From: Flavobacteriaceae bacterium
Lineage (GTDB): Bacteria; Bacteroidota; Bacteroidia; Flavobacteriales; Flavobacteriaceae
Direction: 5' to 3'
DNA: 64,000 nucleotides
NCBI GenBank assembly: GCA_029243245.1
Contig: JAQWSK010000013.1
Span: forward strand, 16,025-80,024
A model generated the notes under the pieces. It saw nothing but the letters and a program-made list of their open reading frames with translations, was not told where the DNA came from and did no database searches. Positions 1 through 8,089 of the stretch are shown piece after piece; position 1 is the first letter of the stretch, and each line of letters opens with the position of its first letter. The translations under genes were made by a program, and so were the position numbers.

Positions 1-843
1 TTCATTAGAAAAAACCGCACGACGAACACCTAAAAGAACTAAGCCCCAAAACCCACCAGTAACAGCAGTATTTGTATTAAATGCCTCAACAAATATAAGC
101 TTAAACGTGGGCATGATATCGGAGGAGTTATTTAACAAAATAAAAATACCCATTAAAAAATATAGACAAACCATAAATGGAACTAGATTTGAAGTCACTT
201 TGATTATGGATTTGAGGCCTCCGAATATAACTGAAGCACTTATAATAGATAATAGGATACCAATAAGAATTTTCCAACCCAAATCACCTAATAAAATATA
301 TTGATTTGGGTCAATGACATTCATAAATGTTTGAGTTAATTGATTTGCTGTAAATGCTGGGAGAACTCCAAAAAAACCAGCAATGGCAAATGCTATAGCT
401 AAGGGTTTACCCCATTTTTTAATTCCTAAAGTCATGTAATACATTGGACCTCCTAAAGGATCTCCATTAGGTTCTTTTTCTCTAAGCTGAACGGATAAAG
501 AGCATGAAAAAAACTTTATGATAGAACCAATAATAGCCGTTAGCCACATCCATACTAAGACTCCTGGCCCACCCATATGAATAGCAATAGCAACGCCTGA
601 GATATTTCCTAAACCTACCGTTGCAGCAAGAACAGCTGATAGAGCTTGAAATCTTGATATTCCTTGATCGGCTTCATTTTTAAGCAATAAATTAAAAGCC
701 TTTTTTATCTGAGTAAGAGGGTAAGCCTTAGAATAAAATAAAAGAAACATACCACCTCCAATTACAAAAAATAACATTATCCATTCTAAGGGTGTAATAA
801 GTTGAGAAAGGATTGTTTCTATCGATGCAATTATTTCGTTCAT
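1..843 (-). CDS. Alanine/glycine:cation symporter (AGCS family), N-terminal 281 codons; the gene continues past the window edge
   Basis: Absent from the ORF track because it stays open to position 1. My minus-strand translation from ATG 843-841 reads MNEIIASIETILSQL...SRFQALSAVLAATVGLGNISGVAIAIHMGGPGVLVWMW...GVRRAVFSNE. This matches AGCS signature regions (VGxGNIxGVAxAI, GGPGxxxWMW, FSNEAG). Confidence 0.85.
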   Translation of the reverse strand, partial: MNEIIASIETILSQLITPLEWIMLFFVIGGGMFLLFYSKAYPLTQIKKAFNLLLKNEADQGISRFQALSAVLAATVGLGNISGVAIAIHMGGPGVLVWMWLTAIIGSIIKFFSCSLSVQLREKEPNGDPLGGPMYYMTLGIKKWGKPLAIAFAIAGFFGVLPAFTANQLTQTFMNVIDPNQYILLGDLGWKILIGILLSIISASVIFGGLKSIIKVTSNLVPFMVCLYFLMGIFILLNNSSDIMPTFKLIFVEAFNTNTAVTGGFWGLVLLGVRRAVFSNE

Positions 844-865
844 TTGGGGAATTTACAAAAACCCC

Positions 866-1528
866 TTATTCTTTCACAACTATGTATGTAGCTTTTACGC
901 CAGTTGCTAGATTCCAACGATTTGAACCCACAAGTTTTCCTGAATGAGTATATACTTTAAGTTCAGCAGTATTAGGACCGCTTTCGCCTTGATTTAAAGC
1001 TATAAAATCAATTCGATTGAAACCTTTTTCCAACTCTATATTTACTCCTTTAAATTGCTCTTCAAGTAATATGTTTCCCATAACAACTTTATCATTTACT
1101 TTAATTTGAATTCTGTCTCCATCAGGATACTCATGATCTCTAAACACGACATTAATATTTTGTTCGCCGGTTTTAAAATCTCCAAGATACATGTCATTTT
1201 TGTAGTGATCAGGAGTTTTATTTTTCTCTCCTCTTTTTTTATTCATCCTTGATGTGTAATAATCATTTGGGTTTATAAACTTTTCTTGATCTATCATATT
1301 TATGTTTGGACCATTTTCTTTTTTAGGACTTAAGTCATTTAATTTAAAATTAAGAGACTTGTTTTTTTTTGGATTCAACAACAGAGGAGATTTTTCATTA
1401 GGAATTATGACAATTTTCTCTCTCTTCTCAGTTTGAGAAAATGTATTTATAGAAAATAAAATAATTATTAAAGAAATTAGATTAATAATATACTTATAAA
1501 CCATCTTTAAAATCGAATTAGTTGTCAT
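866..1528 (-). CDS. Hypothetical secreted or membrane-anchored protein
   Basis: 220-aa ORF with hydrophobic N-terminus IINLISLIIILFSINTFSQ, a Lys/Asn-rich linker and a beta-rich C-terminal half. Its stop lies 22 nt upstream of the AGCS start on the same strand. Alternative start at Met9 (1504). No family recognised. Confidence 0.45.
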   Translation of the reverse strand: MTTNSILKMVYKYIINLISLIIILFSINTFSQTEKREKIVIIPNEKSPLLLNPKKNKSLNFKLNDLSPKKENGPNINMIDQEKFINPNDYYTSRMNKKRGEKNKTPDHYKNDMYLGDFKTGEQNINVVFRDHEYPDGDRIQIKVNDKVVMGNILLEEQFKGVNIELEKGFNRIDFIALNQGESGPNTAELKVYTHSGKLVGSNRWNLATGVKATYIVVKE

Positions 1529-1683
1529 TTGTAAATATATTTTATTAGCTCTATAATAAATAAAAATTCATCAATCTTAACATATTGTTTAACAAAACCT
1601 ATGCCATTTTATGAAAATTTAATTAACATCATCGTATATATAATCGATTATTAATATAACTTATGCCTTTTAAAATTTAAAAC

Positions 1684-3474
1684 ATGAAACTTGAAATCAT
1701 TGACTGGTCAATTCTTGCGATTTTTTTTATAATACTTTTATCGATTGGGTTTTTTGCATCAAAAAAGGCAGGTAAAAGTGTAAATGAGTTTTTCCTTTCT
1801 GGAAGAAATATGCCTTGGTGGCTACTTGGAATTTCAATGGTAGCAACTACTTTTTCAGCCGACACTCCAAACCTTGTTACAGATATTGTTCGGACTAATG
1901 GTGTTTCTGGTAATTGGGTTTGGTGGGCATTTTTACTTACAGGAATGTTAACGGTATTTGTTTATGCTAAATTATGGAGAAGATCTGAGGTGCTTACTGA
2001 TCTAGAATTTTATGAATTGAGATATGGAGGAAAAGGGGCTGCTTTTTTAAGGGGTTTTAGGGCGATTTATTTAGGTGTGTTTTTTAATATTATGATCATG
2101 GCAACAGTTTGTTTAGCAGGTATTAAAATTGGAAGTGTAATGCTTGGCTTGACTCCTATTCAAACTCTTTTGATAGCATCAAGTGTTACTGTTATTTATA
2201 GTTCTCTTGGAGGTCTTAAGGGGGTGATTATGACAGATTTTTTTCAATTTACCTTGGCAATGATAGCGACTTTTTGGGCCGCAATAGTAATTGTTAATTT
2301 GCCTGAAATTGGTGGCTTGAAAACTCTTATTTCTCATCCTAATATAATTCCAAAACTTGACTTAATACCTGATATTTCTAACAGAGAATTATTTTTAGTT
2401 GTTTTTCTACTACCCATAGCTGTTCAATGGTGGAGCGTATGGTATCCTGGAGCTGAACCTGGTGGAGGGGGATATGTTGCACAAAGAATGCTTTCTGCAA
2501 AAGATGAAAATCATGCTGTATGGGCAACGCTACTTTTTAATTTTATGCATTATGCAGTTCGACCTTGGCCGTGGATTTTAATTGCATTGGCATCTTTGAT
2601 TGTTTTTCCAAACCTTAATGATTTACAGACTGCATTTCCTGAAATTGATAAAGGTATAATTGGGCATGATCTAGCGTACCCAGCTATGATGACATTATTA
2701 CCTCCGGGCCTTCTAGGATTACTCTTAGCTTCTTTAGCTGCAGCATTTATGTCTACTATTGCATCTCATTTGAATTGGGGGTCATCGTATGTTGTTAACG
2801 ATTTTTACAAAAGATTTTTTAATCCTGAAGCTTCTGATAAAAAATTAGTTTTTTTGGGTCGTATTACTACCGTTTTTTTAATGCTATTATCTTGTCTGCT
2901 TGCACTTTTATTAAGCAATGCACTTCAAGCATTTTCTATTTTATTACAAATTGGAGCCGGTACGGGACTACTTTTTATTTTAAGGTGGTTTTGGCATAGG
3001 ATTAATATTTACAGTGAGATTTCAGCAATGATAATTTCGTTTCTAGTCGCTCTTTATTTGCAGATAATTCATCCAATTATAGGTTTTGAAATTATATCTC
3101 CAGAAAGTCAGTTAATCATTGGAGTTACAATCACCACCTTCTCATGGGTTTTAATTACTTATATAACTCCATCAGAGGATAAAGAAACATTAAGAGAGTT
3201 TTATAAAAAAATTCAACCAGGAGGTTTTGGTTGGAAAAAAGTTGTAGACCAGGCAAATGAAGAGGGAATTAACATCAAAGGTAAAAAGGAAGCTTGGGAT
3301 GTGCCTACAGGAATTATTTGTATGATTTTAGGCTGTATGTTTGTCTATAGCATACTTTTTTCAATAGGTCATTTTATTTATGCAAATTATATGTTTGCAT
3401 GTTTTTTACTTACTGTATCTGTAATTTCTCTATTTTTTCTACAAAAAGCATGGAAGAGATTGAAAATGAATTAA
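1684..3474 (+). CDS. Sodium:solute symporter family (SSF) transporter
   Basis: 596 aa, polytopic. SSF-like core with PGAEPGGGGYVAQRMLSAKDE and about 13 hydrophobic segments. Confidence 0.8.
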   Translation: MKLEIIDWSILAIFFIILLSIGFFASKKAGKSVNEFFLSGRNMPWWLLGISMVATTFSADTPNLVTDIVRTNGVSGNWVWWAFLLTGMLTVFVYAKLWRRSEVLTDLEFYELRYGGKGAAFLRGFRAIYLGVFFNIMIMATVCLAGIKIGSVMLGLTPIQTLLIASSVTVIYSSLGGLKGVIMTDFFQFTLAMIATFWAAIVIVNLPEIGGLKTLISHPNIIPKLDLIPDISNRELFLVVFLLPIAVQWWSVWYPGAEPGGGGYVAQRMLSAKDENHAVWATLLFNFMHYAVRPWPWILIALASLIVFPNLNDLQTAFPEIDKGIIGHDLAYPAMMTLLPPGLLGLLLASLAAAFMSTIASHLNWGSSYVVNDFYKRFFNPEASDKKLVFLGRITTVFLMLLSCLLALLLSNALQAFSILLQIGAGTGLLFILRWFWHRINIYSEISAMIISFLVALYLQIIHPIIGFEIISPESQLIIGVTITTFSWVLITYITPSEDKETLREFYKKIQPGGFGWKKVVDQANEEGINIKGKKEAWDVPTGIICMILGCMFVYSILFSIGHFIYANYMFACFLLTVSVISLFFLQKAWKRLKMN

Positions 3475-4787
3475 CCAATGAGCATACCTGCAATAGCTGC
3501 TGAAAGAAGTGAAACTAAAGTTCCAGCAATCATGGCTTTAAAGCCTAATTCAATTAAAAGTGGTTTTATTTTTGGCGCAATAATTCCAATACCTCCAATT
3601 TGTATTCCTATAGAAGCAAAATTTGCAAAACCACACAACATATAAGTCGCCATAATAACTGATTTTTCATAATTAAAATGAATGATACTTTCGATATTTT
3701 TAAGATCCGTCAATTGAGCGTATGCAACAAATTCGTTTGCAGCTATTTTTATACCAAGTAGTTGTCCCATTAATAAAGTGTCATTACCAGAAACACCGAT
3801 AACCCACATTAAAGGTGAAAAAAGAATTCCTAAAATAAATTCAACCGATAGTTCAGAGTATGGAGTATTTTCAGAGACCCAAGAATTTAATCCAAACCCT
3901 CCAAAAAAAGAAAGAAAGCCATTTATAAGCGCTATTAATGCAATAAAAACTAAAAGCATTGCAGCGACATTAACAGCCATTTTAACTCCTTCGCTTGTTC
4001 CTTTTGAAACAGCCGAAAGAAAATTTTCTCCAATCTGAGATTTGCTAATTGAAATGTCTGTATTAACCTCATCAACTTGTGGATATATAATTTTAGAAAT
4101 AACAACAGCTCCTGGAGCAGCCATTACTGATGCAGCTAATAAACTTTTTGCAAAAGCTAATCTAGCTATGGGATCATCACCTCCCAAAAATGCAATATAG
4201 GCACCTAATACACTTCCAGCTAAAGTAGCCATTCCTCCAACCATAACTAAAAATAATTCTGATCGATTCATTTTTTCCAAGTAGGCTTTAATTAAAAGAG
4301 GGGTCTCAGTTTGACCTAGGAAAATATTTCCTGCAACAGAAAGGCTTTCAGGACCATTGATTCCTAAAACTTTTGTTAATCCCCACGCAAGTGTTCTAAC
4401 TATTTTTTGAATTATACCAAAATAATATCCAATTGAGGTTAGCGCTGAAAAGAAAATAATAACAGGGAGAACTTGAAAAGCAAAAATATAACCCGTTTTT
4501 TCAATATCACTAAAATCTCCTAATAACATACTAGTTCCAGCTTCTGTAAACTCTAAAATTTTAATAAAAAATTTGCCAAAAAACTCAAAAGAAGCTGCTA
4601 CCCAGTTAATTTTTATAACACCTATTGCAATTATTAATTGAGCTAAAAGGCCTAAAAAAACAGTTTTCCATTTAATAGCTTTTTTATTAGTGCTAATGGT
4701 GTAGGATAAAGCTATTAAAACAGTCATTCCAAGAACTCCTCTTAAAATAGATTCAATTGTTACTCCGCTGCTTGGTATTAATTCCAT
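3471..4787 (-). CDS. Concentrative nucleoside transporter (NupC/CNT family)
   Basis: 438 aa. Contains GNIFLGQTETPLLIKAYLEKMNRSELFLVMVGGMATLAGSVLGAY, typical of the NupC/CNT core. The stop overlaps the convergent SSF gene by 4 nt. Confidence 0.8.
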   Translation of the reverse strand: MELIPSSGVTIESILRGVLGMTVLIALSYTISTNKKAIKWKTVFLGLLAQLIIAIGVIKINWVAASFEFFGKFFIKILEFTEAGTSMLLGDFSDIEKTGYIFAFQVLPVIIFFSALTSIGYYFGIIQKIVRTLAWGLTKVLGINGPESLSVAGNIFLGQTETPLLIKAYLEKMNRSELFLVMVGGMATLAGSVLGAYIAFLGGDDPIARLAFAKSLLAASVMAAPGAVVISKIIYPQVDEVNTDISISKSQIGENFLSAVSKGTSEGVKMAVNVAAMLLVFIALIALINGFLSFFGGFGLNSWVSENTPYSELSVEFILGILFSPLMWVIGVSGNDTLLMGQLLGIKIAANEFVAYAQLTDLKNIESIIHFNYEKSVIMATYMLCGFANFASIGIQIGGIGIIAPKIKPLLIELGFKAMIAGTLVSLLSAAIAGMLIG

Positions 4788-4826
4788 TAATTAGGTTTTT
4801 TCAAATATAACAAACTGAGTAAAAAG

Positions 4827-4970
4827 TTAATCCTTCTCTTTTAAGAGTTTGATAATCATATCTCTTGCTGTCATTAATTTAATTTTATGTACCGAATCTG
4901 TGTATAATCCATTTGAGATTCGATTTTCAAATATTAAAACAGCTTCTTTTAAAGTTATTTCTTTTTTCAT
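4827..4970 (-). CDS. Small hypothetical ORF (47 aa), translationally coupled to the upstream 88-aa ORF
   Basis: Not in the ORF track (<60 aa). My translation is MKKEITLKEAVLIFENRISNGLYTDSVHKIKLMTARDMIIKLLKEKD. Its ATG overlaps the TGA of the 88-aa ORF (ATGA at 4970-4967, minus strand). Confidence 0.25.
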   Translation of the reverse strand: MKKEITLKEAVLIFENRISNGLYTDSVHKIKLMTARDMIIKLLKEKD

Positions 4971-5233
4971 TTAGATTTTGTATTATTCAAGCCCTTTTTT
5001 TTATCATCTAATTTTTTTTGGGCATCCACAACGCTATTAATTAGTTCTGATTTGGTATCTATATATTTTATAAGATCTTTTACCTTTTTTTCTTCTTGTT
5101 TTTGTTGATTGTATTTTTCTTTTTCCTCTAATACAGTTTCACGAATGTTTTGAATTGTAGTAGCTATAAAGCCAATGACAATAAGAAAACAAATTAAAAT
5201 TGCAAACCATTCTTCTGTTTCTGATAAATACAT
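4967..5233 (-). CDS. Hypothetical single-pass membrane protein with a Lys/Glu-rich coiled-coil tail
   Basis: 88 aa. TM segment WFAILICFLIVIGFIATTI followed by EEKEKYNQQKQEEKKVKD. Confidence 0.4.
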   Translation of the reverse strand: MYLSETEEWFAILICFLIVIGFIATTIQNIRETVLEEKEKYNQQKQEEKKVKDLIKYIDTKSELINSVVDAQKKLDDKKKGLNNTKSK

Positions 5234-5336
5234 AAACTTAAATTAGCACTAATTTATAAGCTATTTTATTAAAAAAGCATGCATTTTAAAACTTAACACA
5301 TTAATTCCAGTCATTCTGTTTTTGTATTTTTAGTAA

Positions 5337-6608
5337 ATGAGAAAACTTATTTTTATTTTTTTTATCACCTCTAACCTTTTTGGTCAACGCATAAGTTCAA
5401 GCAAAATATCGAGATTAATAAATAAGAATCCAATATTTTCCAGATCTCATGTTGCTATTGCTATTCAGCCTTTAGGATCTGATAAAAAAATTAAGGGTAC
5501 TGAGTTTTCAAAATACATGACACCTGCTTCAAACACAAAACTTCTAACTTTTCTTGGCGCTATTCAGACTTTTGATTCTCTTCCATTAATTAATTATTCA
5601 ATAATAAATAAAGAATTACATATTAAAGCTATCGGATATCCACTTCTTTTTCACCCTCTTTATCCTGATAAAAAGCTAGAAGAGTTTTTAAATTCTTATG
5701 AGAGAATTATTTATCACAGCAGTAGTTCAAAAGTCACAAGATATGGGCCTGGATGGGCTTGGGATGATTATCCTTATTATTTTTCTGCTCAAACTTCTAT
5801 TTTTCCACTATTTGGAAATGTTGTTCGATTTACAAAATCTGATGATAATGAATTCTTTATATACCCTAATCTATTTAATACAGTTGAAGACAAATTATTA
5901 AATAATAGTATAATTAGAAATGAGACAAATAATACGTTTATAATAAACCCAATAAAACCTTTCCAAAAAGACACGATTTATATTCCATTTAAAACATCTG
6001 AGAAATTAACAGTTGATCTATTAAATTATAGATTGAACTCAGATGTTCGCTATGATTCAAATGATAATGAAGCTTATAAAACTTTATATTCAAAAGATTT
6101 TAATAAAATATATCAATCTATTTTAAAAGACTCAGACAACTTAATTGCTGAGTCATTACTAATAATGATAGGTAAGAAGTTGAATGATAGTTTTTTAACT
6201 TCAGACGTGATAGACAAATTTAAAAAAGACTGGAGCTCTTGGATCCCGGACCCTCTTTTATGGTATGATGGTTCTGGAATGTCAAGGTATTCAATGATTA
6301 CACCAAGAACTTTAGTTGCTGTTCTTCAAAAAATACATAAGCTAATTGGTTTAAGTGGGATACAAAAGTACTTTGCTGCTGGAGGTGAATCGGGGACCAT
6401 CAAGAATTTTTATCAAATAGGAGAAGCTCCTTTTGTTTACGCTAAAACAGGAACATTAAGAAATAACCATAATCTTTCAGGATATTTAATTTCTGAAAAA
6501 GGAAATTGGTATGTATTTTCAATCATGGTGAATCATTTTGAAAGCCCAACAAATGAAATTCGTATAGCAATCGGAGATTTACTAGATTATATTTATAAAA
6601 AAGGTTAA
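5337..6608 (+). CDS. D-alanyl-D-alanine carboxypeptidase/endopeptidase, PBP4 (peptidase S13) family
   Basis: SxxK motif in MTPASNTKLLTF, PBP4-type YDGSGMSRYS, and KTG motif in YAKTGTLRNNHNLSGY. N-terminal signal peptide. Confidence 0.75.
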   Translation: MRKLIFIFFITSNLFGQRISSSKISRLINKNPIFSRSHVAIAIQPLGSDKKIKGTEFSKYMTPASNTKLLTFLGAIQTFDSLPLINYSIINKELHIKAIGYPLLFHPLYPDKKLEEFLNSYERIIYHSSSSKVTRYGPGWAWDDYPYYFSAQTSIFPLFGNVVRFTKSDDNEFFIYPNLFNTVEDKLLNNSIIRNETNNTFIINPIKPFQKDTIYIPFKTSEKLTVDLLNYRLNSDVRYDSNDNEAYKTLYSKDFNKIYQSILKDSDNLIAESLLIMIGKKLNDSFLTSDVIDKFKKDWSSWIPDPLLWYDGSGMSRYSMITPRTLVAVLQKIHKLIGLSGIQKYFAAGGESGTIKNFYQIGEAPFVYAKTGTLRNNHNLSGYLISEKGNWYVFSIMVNHFESPTNEIRIAIGDLLDYIYKKG

Positions 6609-6610
6609 AA

Positions 6611-7882
6611 TTATTTTTCCTGAAGCTTTTTTGAAACATTTTCTACTTCTTCCATTACTCTAAGTAAGTTATCTCCCCAAATTTTTCGTATTTCCTGCTG
6701 ATTATACCCTCTATTAAGTAATTCTTTTGTAACATTCAAAGTCTCGGAAGCATCGCTCCAACCTTCTATTCCTCCACCGCCATCAAAATCCGAACTGATT
6801 CCTACATGGTTTATGCCCATGGTTTTTACTAGATAGTCAATATGATTTACAAAATCAATTACGCTTACTGGAGGGGCTATTTTTTTAATTTCTTCAATTT
6901 CACTTTTAGAAGCGGCTACTATTTTTTTATAGTTAGCCCTGTATTTTGAAATTTCTGATACAGGAAGTCTTCTTAACTCTCTCATGGAAATCATTTCGAC
7001 TCCTATTTTAGAAGCTGAGTTTTTATAAATGCTATCTCTAAGAAGATTAAAGGATTTGACTTTTTCTGCATTTAAATAAGATCCAAGGGCTACTGTTTGA
7101 ACAACTCCTCCATTTTTTTTAATAGCTAATAATTGCTCGTCATCAAGGTTTCTAGGGTGTTCACATAAAGCCCTTGCAGATGAGTGAGAAGCAATAACAG
7201 GGGCTTTTGAAAGAGCAAGCATTTCTAGATTTGCTTTTTTGGATGGATGAGACAAATCAATCATGATTCCATAATAATTCATTTTTTCTACCATTTGTCT
7301 TCCTAAATTACTCAAACCATCATGCAACCAAATACTATCTCGCTCACCGGTATTAGAATCCGCAAATTGACTGTGGCCATTATGGGCTAAGGAAACATAT
7401 CTTGCTCCTCGATCGTAATATTTTTTCATATTTGCTGTGTCTAGACCCATTGGATAGGCATTTTCAACACCAATCATTGCCGCTTTTTTTCCTGATTTCC
7501 AAATGCGTCTAACATCTTTAGCAGATAGAGCTAACTCTATTTGATCAGGAGCATAATCATTCACAAGACGATCAATTGCATTAAATTTTGCTTCAGCATT
7601 TTCAGCTGCTTTGGCGTACCCTTCTGTTGTTAAAGCACCCTGTCCGGTATAAACTATAAACCAAGACACATCAAGGCCTCCTTTGATCATTTTAGGTAAA
7701 TTAACTTGGGTGTCTGTGTCTAAGGTGTAATTTAAGCTGTCTGTAAAATTATTTACATCGATATCGTCGTGGGTATCAATTGTTATAACGTTACTATGAA
7801 TCTCTTTAGCAGTAAGTTTTTTAACAGGAGCTTGACAATTAATAAATAAAAGGCATAGGATAATAGCTTTTGATTTTCTCAT
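6611..7882 (-). CDS. Membrane dipeptidase (peptidase M19), probable lipoprotein
   Basis: VITIDTHDDI, VIASHSSARALCEHPRNLDDEQL and GISSDFDGGGGIEGW are M19 hallmarks. Signal peptide with LFINC lipobox-like Cys. Confidence 0.85.
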   Translation of the reverse strand: MRKSKAIILCLLFINCQAPVKKLTAKEIHSNVITIDTHDDIDVNNFTDSLNYTLDTDTQVNLPKMIKGGLDVSWFIVYTGQGALTTEGYAKAAENAEAKFNAIDRLVNDYAPDQIELALSAKDVRRIWKSGKKAAMIGVENAYPMGLDTANMKKYYDRGARYVSLAHNGHSQFADSNTGERDSIWLHDGLSNLGRQMVEKMNYYGIMIDLSHPSKKANLEMLALSKAPVIASHSSARALCEHPRNLDDEQLLAIKKNGGVVQTVALGSYLNAEKVKSFNLLRDSIYKNSASKIGVEMISMRELRRLPVSEISKYRANYKKIVAASKSEIEEIKKIAPPVSVIDFVNHIDYLVKTMGINHVGISSDFDGGGGIEGWSDASETLNVTKELLNRGYNQQEIRKIWGDNLLRVMEEVENVSKKLQEK

Positions 7883-8021
7883 AATTTAAGAATGTGTTGT
7901 TATAGAATTATACGTAATTGTTATTTTGATACTAGGTATCATTATGAAACCTGAAATCTAAAATAACAACATTTTTTCAACAAATAATCAATCGTGGCAT
8001 AGTATTTGCATTTACGCAAGG

Positions 8022-8060
8022 GTACGATTATTATTGATAGTCGATATTAAAGAATCGTAC
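8022..8060 (+). promoter_or_regulatory. 5'-leader hairpin upstream of the surface lipoprotein gene
   Basis: GTACGATT (8022-8029) is the perfect reverse complement of AATCGTAC (8053-8060), with a 23-nt loop. It ends 30 nt before the ATG at 8090. Confidence 0.3.
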
Positions 8061-8089
8061 AATAATTAATATTAATTAAATTTTATCAA

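Noticed and set aside
107-304. 65-aa plus-strand ORF at the window start
   Set aside because: It lies antisense within the strongly supported AGCS symporter gene.
4827-5233. Type II toxin-antitoxin pair
   Set aside because: The gene sizes and the coupling fit superficially. However, one partner is a membrane or coiled-coil protein, and I recognise no known toxin or antitoxin motif.
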